IMG/VR virus record: IMGVR_UViG_3300033153_000868
Span: 1-64,000 of that record
Direction: 5' to 3' (one strand)
Length of the DNA stretch: 64,000 nt
From: a virus
The notes under the pieces were generated by a model that did not search any database, was not told where the DNA came from, and saw only the letters and a list, made by a program, of their open reading frames with translations. Position numbers and translations under genes: made by a program. Below are positions 18,577 to 28,092 of this stretch, one piece after another (the stretch's first letter is position 1; each line of letters begins with the position of its first letter).

Positions 18577-19191
18577 ATGCAAAATCAAGTAGAAGTCCTA
18601 GCGGATGACATGGGTAATGTTGTACGCTTAAGTAAAAACAATCCAGAGTATTCTTTCATTAGATTAGGATACAAAAGTGTATCAATTGGTAAAGGTGGTT
18701 GGTTAAGAGAAAGAAATCTTACCACTCTTATTATGGGTACAACAGAGAATTTAACCTCTTATGCTAAAAATTTAGGTAAAACATTACCTGGTAAAATCAT
18801 AGCAATAGAGTCTTTAGAACCTTTTAACAACACAAATCCAGACAGAGACCTGAAATATGCAGGTGACACTGGTATTATATGCTGTCAAGACGGACAACCT
18901 ATTTATAGGAAAACAGAATATACTTATGATGTAGAAGCACAAGATATTCTGATTGAGCATACTAATGGTGATGCTATTCGTGCAGCTAATGAAAGCTCTT
19001 TTGAATTAGACAAGTCTAAGATCAAAAAAGCAACAACTGCAGAAGCATTTGGTTTGAAATCTGATGATACAACCACTGATGACACAGAAGATGTCACTGA
19101 GATGGAAGTAACTGAAGAAGAAGTTGTTGCTGAAGTAGAAACAGAAGAAGAAGAAGTTCTTGAAGAAGAAACAGAAACTTTTGAACTGTAA
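18577..19191 (+). CDS. Early protein with acidic tail (possible ssDNA-binding protein), paralog of 14897
   Basis: Shared core with 14897; E-rich tail ending TETFEL. Confidence 0.75.
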   Translation: MQNQVEVLADDMGNVVRLSKNNPEYSFIRLGYKSVSIGKGGWLRERNLTTLIMGTTENLTSYAKNLGKTLPGKIIAIESLEPFNNTNPDRDLKYAGDTGIICCQDGQPIYRKTEYTYDVEAQDILIEHTNGDAIRAANESSFELDKSKIKKATTAEAFGLKSDDTTTDDTEDVTEMEVTEEEVVAEVETEEEEVLEEETETFEL

Positions 19192-19203
19192 TTAAATTGT
19201 TAA

Positions 19204-19233
19204 AGGCTGGGGTGTAAAAACCTCAGCCTATTT
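19204..19233 (+). terminator. Intrinsic terminator-like hairpin
   Basis: AGGCTGGGGT-GTAAAA-ACCTCAGCCT then ATTT. Confidence 0.6.
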
Positions 19234-19288
19234 AACACCTCTTACTAAATACAACTAATAAATTCATAACTAAATAAATCAAACAAGT

Positions 19289-19816
19289 ATGCTATCTAAT
19301 GAACAAATTTCAAAACTAAAACTCAATGAAAAAGAACTAATCTTAAGTAGACGTATTGAGCGTTATCAATACTTAGGCCTTCTGGATGAATATCAATTAC
19401 ATCCTCCTTCAATTATTAACTCTTTTGAGTATAATAAACTTAATCCATATCAACATTTTTTGTTTAAACGTGTGTTGCATGGCCTTAATGTTTATAAACC
19501 TGAAGAAGTTACTAAACTGCACTGGGATAAGAAAAGACGCATTACAAAAGTTTGGAAACGTGGGCAAAGAGAAATAAATGCCTGGAAACAAACACTTTGT
19601 AATAAGAGAATTAATGCTTATCTTAGGAAAACATTTCCACACAGTCCTATGGCTCTTGCAATTGCAGATGTGCCGGCTGAGGAAACGTTAGATGATTACA
19701 AAAACACTCTTACATTTAAAGATTTAGGTATCAACTATGAAGATATAGTGCTTAAATTTATGTCAGTGGGTTTGTTACCAAATAACTTTTTTACTTTAAA
19801 ACCAAATGGCAATTAA
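19289..19816 (+). CDS. Hypothetical protein
   Basis: 175 aa ORF. Confidence 0.75.
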   Translation: MLSNEQISKLKLNEKELILSRRIERYQYLGLLDEYQLHPPSIINSFEYNKLNPYQHFLFKRVLHGLNVYKPEEVTKLHWDKKRRITKVWKRGQREINAWKQTLCNKRINAYLRKTFPHSPMALAIADVPAEETLDDYKNTLTFKDLGINYEDIVLKFMSVGLLPNNFFTLKPNGN

Positions 19817-20075
19817 AAAAGTCTCAAACAAAATGTCCAAAATAAATGCTGCTTACTCTAAAAAGCGTAGGCAGTATTTAACGGACAATCCAGTCTGTCA
19901 TGCAAAAATAGATAAATGTACTGTACAGGCTACTGATGTTCATCATAAACACGGTCGTGGTGTATATCACTTGGAAGTATCTACATGGTTACCAGTTTGC
20001 AGAAACTGTCACATGTGGATAGAAGAACACCCAGAAGAATCTTATGAATTAGGATTCTCAGGCTCAAGATCATAA
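19806..20075 (+). CDS. HNH endonuclease-like protein
   Basis: 'C.....C...ATDVHHKHGRG...WLPVCRNCHMWI'. Confidence 0.8.
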   Translation: MAIKKVSNKMSKINAAYSKKRRQYLTDNPVCHAKIDKCTVQATDVHHKHGRGVYHLEVSTWLPVCRNCHMWIEEHPEESYELGFSGSRS

Positions 20076-20081
20076 CTTTAT

Positions 20082-20155
20082 GGTCCTATAGCTCAACTGG
20101 ATAGAGCAACAGCCTTCTAAGCTGTAGGTTCTAGGTTCAAATCCTAGTGGGATCA
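20082..20155 (+). tRNA. tRNA-Arg(TCT)
   Basis: Acceptor GGTCCTA/TGGGATC, anticodon arm ACAGC-CTTCTAA-GCTGT, T arm CTAGG-TTCAAAT-CCTAG. Confidence 0.95.
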
Positions 20156-20160
20156 CAAAT

Positions 20161-20249
20161 GGCCGGATGATGAAATTGGTAGACATGAAGGACTTAAAAT
20201 CCTTTGGGCAGTAATGCCCGTGTGGGTTCAAATCCCACTCCGGCTACCA
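20161..20249 (+). tRNA. tRNA-Leu(TAA)
   Basis: AAGGA-CTTAAAA-TCCTT, long variable arm GGGCA-GTAA-TGCCC, encoded CCA. Confidence 0.95.
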
Positions 20250-20325
20250 GGACTCTTAGCTCAGTTGGTCAGAGCACCGCACTCATAATGCGTAGGTCAC
20301 AGGTTCAAGTCCTGTAGGGTCCACC
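20250..20325 (+). tRNA. tRNA with CAT anticodon, probably tRNA-Ile2 (lysidine-type, reads ATA)
   Basis: Acceptor GGACTCT/AGGGTCC, loop CTCATAA; body resembles bacterial Ile2 and lacks the initiator GGG/CCC anticodon stem. Confidence 0.85.
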
Positions 20326-20343
20326 TTTAACACCAAAAGAGAG

Positions 20344-20460
20344 ATGAAACAATATCAAAAAGACAGGCTAATTAGAATATTAGCTTGGACAATCGTACTA
20401 TCAATAACAATAATATTATGGCAAATAATTCTGGAACGGCTGTTCCAACTAGAAACGTAG
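20344..20460 (+). CDS. Small membrane peptide (38 aa)
   Basis: MKQYQKDRLIRILAWTIVLSITIILWQIILERLFQLET; one TM segment. Confidence 0.5.
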   Translation: MKQYQKDRLIRILAWTIVLSITIILWQIILERLFQLET

Positions 20461-21542
20461 TTCAAGAAGATGCATTAGCAATAGCTGTGCAACATAAAAG
20501 ATGTGGCTTGGCCATATCTATGGGTGTAGGTAAAACTAGAATAGCAATACAGCACCTTCAAAGATACTATGATCAGTTTATACAAGTACTGGTAGTAGTT
20601 CCAAAACATTCAGTAGCTCAATCATGGATTGATGAGTTAGGTAAGATGGGATTAGAAGCTTTAGTTAAGCATATCACATTTACTACATACATCTCATTAA
20701 AAAAGAGAGAACCAAATAACTATGATATAGTATATTTAGATGAATGTCATTCACTTAAATATGTTCATGAGTTATTTCTAGCTAGATTTACAGGTAGAAT
20801 TCTTGGTCTTACTGGTACACCACCAAAAAACACAACCTCTGAAAAGGGAATGTTAGTACAAAAGTATTGTCCTATTAAGTATACATTTACTACGGATGAT
20901 GCAACTGACTCTAAGATACTTAATGACTATAAGATCATTATACATCAGTTAGAATTGTCTAAGTTACCTTCTTTAAAGAAGAAAAACAAGGCAGGTGGAT
21001 TCTGGTATACATCAGAAAGAAAAGACTATGATTATGTTACCAATAGGCTAGCACAAGCTAATACAGACAAACAAATACAGTTTGGTAGAATTATGCGTAT
21101 GAGAGCTCTAATGGATTACACAAGTAAAGAAGCATATGTAAAAGGTATACTTAGTAATGTAAGCAGTAAATGTATTGTATTTGCTAATACTCAAAAACAG
21201 GCAGATAGAATATGCAAGCATAGCTATCACTCTAAAAATTCTAAATCAGATGAAAACCTTGAGTTGTTTTCTGATGGAAGAATAGATAAGCTATCCTGTG
21301 TGTTACAATTATCAGAAGGTGTTACAATACCCGGCCTTAAAGCAGGTATTATTATGCATGCATATGGTAATGAAAGAAAAACAGCACAAAGAATAGGAAG
21401 ATTACTCAGGTTAAATCCAACTGAGACAGCTACATGTCACATACTTATGTACGTAGGTACACAAGATGAGAAATGGGTGGCTGATGCAGTCAAAGGATTT
21501 GATCAATCAAAAATTAAATACTATAATCCACTTAATAAATAA
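20418..21542 (+). CDS. Superfamily II (DEAD/DEAH-like) helicase
   Basis: 'SMGVGKT', 'YLDECH', 'LGLTGTP', 'LSEGVTIP', 'AQRIGRLLR'. Confidence 0.9.
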   Translation: MANNSGTAVPTRNVVQEDALAIAVQHKRCGLAISMGVGKTRIAIQHLQRYYDQFIQVLVVVPKHSVAQSWIDELGKMGLEALVKHITFTTYISLKKREPNNYDIVYLDECHSLKYVHELFLARFTGRILGLTGTPPKNTTSEKGMLVQKYCPIKYTFTTDDATDSKILNDYKIIIHQLELSKLPSLKKKNKAGGFWYTSERKDYDYVTNRLAQANTDKQIQFGRIMRMRALMDYTSKEAYVKGILSNVSSKCIVFANTQKQADRICKHSYHSKNSKSDENLELFSDGRIDKLSCVLQLSEGVTIPGLKAGIIMHAYGNERKTAQRIGRLLRLNPTETATCHILMYVGTQDEKWVADAVKGFDQSKIKYYNPLNK

Positions 21543-21547
21543 CATTA

Positions 21548-21786
21548 TGGGAAGAATGAAAGAGCTCTTTATTGAGCAACAACAAGAATTAGAATACCGT
21601 GGTGCACATGATGCAATGATACACGGTTTATCTAGAAAAGCAATAGAAGAATATATAGAAGAAGGTGATACACCTTGTCCTAACTGTAACATGCCAACTT
21701 TGTTACGCAATGAATCAAATGCTAAGTGCACTGAGTGTGCTCAAGAGTTTGTTTATGTTGACGGAGGAGCACTAAGATTTTTGTGA
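21548..21786 (+). CDS. Zinc-ribbon protein
   Basis: CPNC...CTEC; start MGRMK. Confidence 0.7.
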
Positions 21787-21787
21787 T

Positions 21788-22030
21788 ATGGAATTTATAA
21801 CAAACACAGGAGAAACAGTAGAAGTAGAATATACTTATGATCCAGGTGAACCAGACCAATGGTATGATTCCAACGGAGATCCAGGTACACCAGGTTATGG
21901 ACCATCAGCAGATATAAAGCATGTTTGGTACACTAACACGGATACTAATGGTAATGAAGTTACCATAGATGTACAACACTTATTAGAAGAAGACATAGAA
22001 GAAAAAATACTAGAATATCATGAGCAATAA
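21788..22030 (+). CDS. Acidic hypothetical protein
   Basis: 'VEVEYTYDPGEP...GDPGTPG'. Confidence 0.7.
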   Translation: MEFITNTGETVEVEYTYDPGEPDQWYDSNGDPGTPGYGPSADIKHVWYTNTDTNGNEVTIDVQHLLEEDIEEKILEYHEQ

Positions 22031-22172
22031 TGAACCTAAAAAAAAAATAGTTAACGGTAAAACATATATATTTGATAACGGTAGATGGGTAAATGTTTAT
22101 ACACTAGATTTAGATCCACATGACCCAGATTATTTATCATTTGTACCACTAAAAAATCAAAGTGATGACTAA
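22020..22172 (+). CDS. Small hypothetical protein (50 aa)
   Basis: MSNNEPKKKIVNGKTYIFDNGRWVNVY...; fills the operon gap. Confidence 0.55.
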   Translation: MSNNEPKKKIVNGKTYIFDNGRWVNVYTLDLDPHDPDYLSFVPLKNQSDD

Positions 22173-22482
22173 GGACAACAAAAACATTTTAATTTATGCT
22201 TCAGTACTAAAAGCACTAGAACATTTAGATAAGCTTGATATGCATCCAAGTTCAGATCAAAGAAATATTGATGCTGCAATACAAAGATTGGAAGATATAA
22301 AAAGCATTTCTAAGATAAGTGTTGATGATACACATAAGAAGCTTATGGAAACGGGACCTCATTCTGAATTCTTAAATACACAAGGAAGAAGTAGTGAGAA
22401 AGTTAAATACACTGAAGATGTTGCTATACTTGCTGTTTTAGCATGTGTTGCATTATTATCAGCTTTAGCCTTTTTTACATGA
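22165..22482 (+). CDS. Hypothetical protein with C-terminal TM segment
   Basis: ORF track 22162-22482. Confidence 0.65.
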   Translation: MTKDNKNILIYASVLKALEHLDKLDMHPSSDQRNIDAAIQRLEDIKSISKISVDDTHKKLMETGPHSEFLNTQGRSSEKVKYTEDVAILAVLACVALLSALAFFT

Positions 22483-22862
22483 AAGATAATTTATACATAA
22501 AGGCTTCAGTTAAAGATGGTCAACTATATTTTCCTATTAAAGCAATGGGTACTAAATATAGAAAGTTCTTTGAACAATTAGAAGATGATTCTAGACTGGA
22601 GATATTTGTTGGTGTAAGTGGTGCTAAGGGTAGTAACCCACAACTAGCACGCTTACATGCAATGATTAGAGAAATAGCACAAGAAATTGGCTATACCTTT
22701 GAAGAAGCCAAGATACAAGTAAAAAGATCCGCAGGATTATGTTTTGTAAAAGACAAACAAGAGTATTGTAAGTCTTTTGCAGATTGTGATAAAGATGAGT
22801 TGAATTTAGCAATTCAATCTTGTATAGAAATAGGAGACTTTAATGGGATGCAGCTTAGATAA
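22479..22862 (+). CDS. Hypothetical protein (weakly NinB/Orf-like)
   Basis: 'GSNPQLARLHAMIREIAQEIGYTFEEAK...KSFADCDKDELNLAI'. Confidence 0.6.
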   Translation: MKDNLYIKASVKDGQLYFPIKAMGTKYRKFFEQLEDDSRLEIFVGVSGAKGSNPQLARLHAMIREIAQEIGYTFEEAKIQVKRSAGLCFVKDKQEYCKSFADCDKDELNLAIQSCIEIGDFNGMQLR

Positions 22863-23309
22863 TTACTTTACAATTTTAAGTTTAGCTTCTAAAGCTTTTA
22901 TCTCTTCTGAAACGTCTTCACCTGACATCATTTTTCTTCCAAGGTCCGCTACTTCTTCTTTAGTAGCTGATGTTTTAGTTTTTAATTCATAACCTTGATC
23001 AATAGCATTTGATTTAATGGTTTGTAATAGTGAAAATAAAACATAAAGATCACCTTCCCATGGGTCTAACATAATTTTTTCTTCTGGTTCTTTTCCAGAA
23101 TCATGAGCTTCAATAATTTTGTTAAACTTAATGAATGTATCACCTACTGTTTCAATCTTATCTTCTTCCATTATAGTTTTATTTATAATGGCAGTTAAAG
23201 CTGGGATATACCTAGTTGATACAGATATATTTTTTACAGTAGCATTAAAATCCCATGTACTATAGCTTTCAAATTCTGGCTTATCGGATGTTTCAGTAGT
23301 ATCTGACAT
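22863..23309 (-). CDS. Hypothetical protein on the opposite strand with its own promoter
   Basis: 148 aa; TATATTTG at 23324-23331 (-). Confidence 0.75.
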   Translation of the reverse strand: MSDTTETSDKPEFESYSTWDFNATVKNISVSTRYIPALTAIINKTIMEEDKIETVGDTFIKFNKIIEAHDSGKEPEEKIMLDPWEGDLYVLFSLLQTIKSNAIDQGYELKTKTSATKEEVADLGRKMMSGEDVSEEIKALEAKLKIVK

Positions 23310-23350
23310 AATAAAAGTTTTAACAAATATACTATAAATTAATAAATAAA

Positions 23351-24061
23351 ATGGAAATAGACATAAATATCTTAAGAGATAATTTAAACAGCAAACTTAA
23401 AGAAAGTGGCTGGGACCGCATGCTTGCACCATATGTAAATGGTTTAAGCTTTGATCATATAATGAATACATTAATAGAAAATGTAGAACAAGGTAAGCGT
23501 TTTACCCCAAGATTTAAAGATGTGTTTAATGGATTTTATGAATGTCCATATGATGATATGAAAGTTGTCATAGTAGGTCAAGATCCTTATCCACAACTAG
23601 GTGTAGCTGACGGAATTGCATTTAGCTGTAGTAGAAAAGGTAAAGCTGAAAAGTCTTTACAATATATACTAAAGCAAACAGTTGGTGATTTTACTAAAAC
23701 AGGTAGAGTTATGTATACACCAGAAGAATGTGACTTAAGACGTTGGTCCAACCAAGGTGTACTGCTAATTAATACAGCATTTACATGTGAGATAAATAAA
23801 ATTGGTTCTCACTATGGTATATGGAAAAGTTTTACTGAATATATCTTTGATAATATAAATAGACATAACAAAGATACTGTGTTTATACTTATGGGTAAGA
23901 AAGCAGAGCAATGGCAAACATTAATTCCAAACTGTAAAATTTTAAAATGTTCTCACCCTGCATCAGCTGCATATAGAGGTGGAGAATGGGACTGTAATGA
24001 CGTTTTCAACAAAGCTAATCAAGAATTAGAAAAGCAGGGGAAAACTTGCATAGAATGGTAA
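23351..24061 (+). CDS. ung: Uracil-DNA glycosylase (family 1)
   Basis: 'VVIVGQDPYP', 'ADGIAFS', 'QGVLLIN', 'VFILMG', 'SHPAS'. Confidence 0.95.
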   Translation: MEIDINILRDNLNSKLKESGWDRMLAPYVNGLSFDHIMNTLIENVEQGKRFTPRFKDVFNGFYECPYDDMKVVIVGQDPYPQLGVADGIAFSCSRKGKAEKSLQYILKQTVGDFTKTGRVMYTPEECDLRRWSNQGVLLINTAFTCEINKIGSHYGIWKSFTEYIFDNINRHNKDTVFILMGKKAEQWQTLIPNCKILKCSHPASAAYRGGEWDCNDVFNKANQELEKQGKTCIEW

Positions 24062-24068
24062 ATTTTAT

Positions 24069-24076
24069 TACCTTTG
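24069..24076 (+). promoter_or_regulatory. Bacteroidota -7 element TACCTTTG
   Basis: About 22 nt upstream of ATG 24099. Confidence 0.55.
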
Positions 24077-24098
24077 ATAACCCTAAAAAATAATATAA

Positions 24099-24626
24099 AT
24101 GGCTAATAACCAGGACATTAACCAGAAGCAAGAGATTGCTGAATTTAAAAAATCTTTTTACACAACTTACGGAGTAAAATTGTATATTTACACTCCTCAA
24201 GAAAAAAACAAAAGGATTCCATTAGGTATATTTCATGATAGCGCTTTAGCAGCTCTTCATGAAAATGAACCAAGATTTAGTAGAATTAAAAGCCTACAAC
24301 ATAGAACTAGACTTAGAGATTATCTTGTATATGTACAAGTTATGTCTTACTTAGCTCATAAAGAAGGCCATAGTAAAACTAGTATAGGTAGATTCTTAAA
24401 ACGCAACCATGCAACCGTTATTAATTCATGTAAAATGATAGACAATGGTTTTTTCAGTAATGATAAAAAAGTTATGGATGCTCATGATAACACTTTAAAA
24501 CACTTAGAAAAATATGTGGGAACTATTTCAGAAAATACTGAAAGCAAACTTGACTCCAAACCAGAGCTTGATCCTATTTGGTATGAAGCAAAAAATCTCC
24601 TTACCAGAGGCAGTAGCAAAGGATAG
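24099..24626 (+). CDS. DnaA C-terminal (domain IV) HTH-like protein
   Basis: 'SKTSIGRFLKRNHATVINSCKMI' resembles DnaA 'S...IG..F..RDHTTV'. Confidence 0.7.
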   Translation: MANNQDINQKQEIAEFKKSFYTTYGVKLYIYTPQEKNKRIPLGIFHDSALAALHENEPRFSRIKSLQHRTRLRDYLVYVQVMSYLAHKEGHSKTSIGRFLKRNHATVINSCKMIDNGFFSNDKKVMDAHDNTLKHLEKYVGTISENTESKLDSKPELDPIWYEAKNLLTRGSSKG

Positions 24627-25104
24627 AGAGGCGCTTGTAAAAAAAGGTTTTCTAGAAATGAAAGAAGACCAATATATAATGACAAATAAAGCCAAAGTAA
24701 TTTGTGCTACTCTAGATAGTTATTTTATTAAAGCTAAGAAAAAGACTGATATTCAATTAATGGGTAAAGACTTTGTAGAAAGAATAAATAATTATAGAGA
24801 AGTATTTCCTGCTAAAAAATTACCAAGCGGTAAACCAGCAAGAAATAATGTCAAAGCTTTAGGAGAAGCATTTAGATGGTTCTTTGAAACATATGATCAT
24901 ACATGGGATGAAGTGCAAAAAGCAACTGAGATGTATGTAAATGAGTATAGAGATGCAGAGTATATGTACATGCAAACAAGTCAATACTTTATATGTAAGC
25001 AAGATAAACATAGGGTCAAACATTCTACTTTAGCTGACTACTGTGATATGATAGTAGAAGGTGTAAGTACAGAAGAAGATCACTTTAAAGAAAATGTAGT
25101 ATAA
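24514..25104 (+). CDS. Conserved hypothetical replication-module protein
   Basis: 196 aa, immediately upstream of the helicase. Confidence 0.7.
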   Translation: MWELFQKILKANLTPNQSLILFGMKQKISLPEAVAKDREALVKKGFLEMKEDQYIMTNKAKVICATLDSYFIKAKKKTDIQLMGKDFVERINNYREVFPAKKLPSGKPARNNVKALGEAFRWFFETYDHTWDEVQKATEMYVNEYRDAEYMYMQTSQYFICKQDKHRVKHSTLADYCDMIVEGVSTEEDHFKENVV

Positions 25105-25121
25105 CTAATTAAATAAATAAT

Positions 25122-26078
25122 ATGGGTAAACCAACACCAGCATGGGTGGGCCAGTACACAGCCTTCAATGATGCACTAAAATATATGTATGCTAGGTCAA
25201 CAGGAGAAGAGAAATCTATTTACACTCCTTGGCCTAAATTTAATGATGCAGCTACTGATGGCTTAGAATGGAACACACTAACTGTTATTGGTGGTAGACC
25301 TGGTTCAGGTAAAACTCTTATTAAAGATCAGATTATACGTGAATCATTTATGCTTAATCCTAATGATGACTTTAGAGTTCTTGAATTTCAATTTGAGATG
25401 GTTGGTAGAACATCAGCTATTAGAGAATTTAGTTCTATAACCGGTAAAACATATAAAGAATTATGTAGCGCTGGATCTGTCTTAAGTACTGAAGCATTAA
25501 ACACATGTCATCAATATGCCAAAGAAAGAGTAAAGTATCCTGTAGATATTATATCAACACCCTTGACTGTAAATCAAATGCGTGATCAAATTGATCAGTA
25601 TATGACTAAACATCAAGGTAAAAAGACTATAATTACATTAGATCATACAATGCTTGTAAAGAGGGCCCCTTATCAAAACAATTCATTAGATATGTTATTT
25701 GAATTAGGTGAATTCTTTACTCAATGTAAGAGAGATTATCCTTGTTTATTTATTGCACTATCACAACTTAATAGAAATATTGATAACCCTGATAGAGCAA
25801 TTGATGGCAAGTATGGTAATTATATTCTTGAGTCAGATATATTTGGATCAGATGCTATGCTTCAGCATGCTGATATGTTAATTGGTATCAACCGCCCGGC
25901 TAAACAAAAGATTAGATATTATGGGCCTGATAGATATATAATAGAAAATGATAGGACATTGGTGTTGCATTTCTTAAAAGCTAGAAATGGTGATGCAAGA
26001 ATGAGTTTTTTCAAAGCAGAATTTGAAAAGATGCAGATTGCAGAAATGCCTACTCCTGGACAACAAGAACGCAGATGA
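25122..26078 (+). CDS. dnaB: DnaB-like replicative helicase
   Basis: 'IGGRPGSGKT', 'FQFEM', 'ITLDH', 'IALSQLNR', 'SDIFGSDAMLQHAD', 'LKARNG'. Confidence 0.9.
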   Translation: MGKPTPAWVGQYTAFNDALKYMYARSTGEEKSIYTPWPKFNDAATDGLEWNTLTVIGGRPGSGKTLIKDQIIRESFMLNPNDDFRVLEFQFEMVGRTSAIREFSSITGKTYKELCSAGSVLSTEALNTCHQYAKERVKYPVDIISTPLTVNQMRDQIDQYMTKHQGKKTIITLDHTMLVKRAPYQNNSLDMLFELGEFFTQCKRDYPCLFIALSQLNRNIDNPDRAIDGKYGNYILESDIFGSDAMLQHADMLIGINRPAKQKIRYYGPDRYIIENDRTLVLHFLKARNGDARMSFFKAEFEKMQIAEMPTPGQQERR

Positions 26079-26638
26079 TAAGCACTAAAAAATTAAACAC
26101 AGAAATTATGGGATTAACTCCTGAAGAAAGAAAACAAAAAGTAAATAAATTAAGAGAAGAGCATGAAGACTACTTTCAAACAGTAGGTACTATGCATGCA
26201 CTGTATATACCAAAGATGGCCTATAGGCCTAAAGGTAAAGATGAATTATATGTATCATTCTTTCCTAGTGAGCTAGAAAAAGATAAAGACATTTACACTG
26301 AATTTGTAAGTATAGATTATGATTCTGAAGATCCAAAAAGAACGTTATATTTGCATAGAGCTAATCCACATTGGAAATCAGAATATGAATTAGTTACTTC
26401 CAGTTCAGGTTTTCAAAGACATCTTATACCTGTAAGTGAATTAAAAGTTATTAATGATATAACTTCAAGAGGTAATCCTATTATAGAAGAGCCTAAGTTT
26501 GTATCAGATATAGGTAAAACATTATTTGATTTACCAAATCCTGATGCAGGTGCAAATTCTGCACTTATAGATAAGCTAGAAGAAATAAATCAAACATTAA
26601 TCACATTAACTAAAGTAATCAATAAATTCAATAAATAA
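26075..26638 (+). CDS. Hypothetical protein
   Basis: 187 aa ORF. Confidence 0.7.
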   Translation: MISTKKLNTEIMGLTPEERKQKVNKLREEHEDYFQTVGTMHALYIPKMAYRPKGKDELYVSFFPSELEKDKDIYTEFVSIDYDSEDPKRTLYLHRANPHWKSEYELVTSSSGFQRHLIPVSELKVINDITSRGNPIIEEPKFVSDIGKTLFDLPNPDAGANSALIDKLEEINQTLITLTKVINKFNK

Positions 26639-26641
26639 ATC

Positions 26642-27325
26642 ATGGCAAACAGCGTATTAGTAATTGCTGATTCAGGTACAGGAAAGTCAACCTCAATCAG
26701 AACATTAGATCCCAAAGAGACTTTCATTATAAACATAGCAAATAAACCTTTACCTTTTAAAGGTTGGAAGAGTAAGTATACTCAGATAACTAAAGATAAC
26801 CCTAAAGGTAATCTTACCTCAGCTGCTACAGCTCCGGGTATTATTAAGGCAATGCGTCATGTAAATGATAAAATGGGCCATATCAAAACTATTGTTGTTG
26901 ATGATTGGCAATATATGAGTTCTTTTGAATATTTTGATAGAGCTAATGAAAAAGGGTATGATAAGTTTACTCAGATTGCAGCTAACTTAGCACAAGTTGC
27001 TAAGCTACCTAAAGATCTTAGAGATGACTTAACTATCATTTTCTTAACTCACTCAGAAGAGTCAACTGATATTAATGGGAATAGAAAAATTAAAGCTAAA
27101 ACTGTTGGCAAAATGATTGACAACACTTTAACTTTGGAAGGCTTATTCTCAATTGTTTTATTTGGAAAAGTAAATAAAAATGATGATGGTGAACTTGAAT
27201 ATGGTTTTGAAACTCAAAACAATGGAGAGAACACATGTAAATCACCAATGGGTATGTTTGAAGATAGATTTATCAAGAATGACCTACAATTTGTAACAAG
27301 TTGTATTGAAGAATACAACAAATAA
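26642..27325 (+). CDS. AAA_24/Sak4-like ATPase (recombination)
   Basis: 'VIADSGTGKSTS', 'IVVDDWQY', 'FLTHSE', 'TCKSPMGMF'. Confidence 0.8.
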   Translation: MANSVLVIADSGTGKSTSIRTLDPKETFIINIANKPLPFKGWKSKYTQITKDNPKGNLTSAATAPGIIKAMRHVNDKMGHIKTIVVDDWQYMSSFEYFDRANEKGYDKFTQIAANLAQVAKLPKDLRDDLTIIFLTHSEESTDINGNRKIKAKTVGKMIDNTLTLEGLFSIVLFGKVNKNDDGELEYGFETQNNGENTCKSPMGMFEDRFIKNDLQFVTSCIEEYNK

Positions 27326-27349
27326 ACTAATAATTAAAAAAAGTAAATT

Positions 27350-28024
27350 ATGTTAAGTACTAAAGACATGTCTGCCGGATCAGGCGGAACTAAACCAGTA
27401 ATTGGAACAGGAAATCAAAAAGTAAAAATCAATTCTATTACCTTTGATCAAACACCATATGATGCAGATGCATACAATATTACATTACATGTAGAAGGTG
27501 AACCTATTGAAGGAGAATTCAATGGTTTTCTTAAAGACGTTAATAATGTAAATGGTCCACGTTATGAAGGTCAAGTTGGTAGAGTAAGATTTTCTCCATA
27601 TCCATTTAAAGATGCTACATTAGCAAATGGTAATGAAATTAGCCGTGATACTGAAGTTTTGAAAGCAATGGTCTTTTTGGCTGAAGTTGTTGGCAAAAGA
27701 GATGAGCTTGATGCTATTGAGGCAGGAACAATTGAAGACTTTATGATGAAGGCTGCAAAGATTTGTTCAGGCACTGGCTATATTAATGCTTGCTTAGGTG
27801 CACGTGAGTGGGAAAATAGAGAAGGTTATGTAAATAATGATCTATTCTTACCAAAGAGAAACAGAATGGGTGTTCCTCTAGAAGCTCTTGATGTAGAGAA
27901 TTCTAATCTTGTACAATTTGATAAGAATGATAGCAATCATTTCAGACCATTTGTAAAGAAAGAAGCAGCACCAGCTAATAACTTTGAACCAGCTCCTACT
28001 GCAGGATCTGACTTTGAACTTTAA
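27350..28024 (+). CDS. Putative single-stranded DNA-binding protein
   Basis: Located between the Sak4-like ATPase and primase; flexible tail ending GSDFEL. Confidence 0.55.
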   Translation: MLSTKDMSAGSGGTKPVIGTGNQKVKINSITFDQTPYDADAYNITLHVEGEPIEGEFNGFLKDVNNVNGPRYEGQVGRVRFSPYPFKDATLANGNEISRDTEVLKAMVFLAEVVGKRDELDAIEAGTIEDFMMKAAKICSGTGYINACLGAREWENREGYVNNDLFLPKRNRMGVPLEALDVENSNLVQFDKNDSNHFRPFVKKEAAPANNFEPAPTAGSDFEL

Positions 28025-28035
28025 TATCTCCAATT

Positions 28036-28077
28036 AGAAAGAGTGGGCTCAGTGTATTGCTGGGCCCATTTCTTTTT
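28036..28077 (+). terminator. Intrinsic terminator
   Basis: GAGTGGGCTCAG...CTGGGCCCATTT followed by CTTTTT. Confidence 0.7.
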
Positions 28078-28092
28078 AATATCTTTGGTTTT

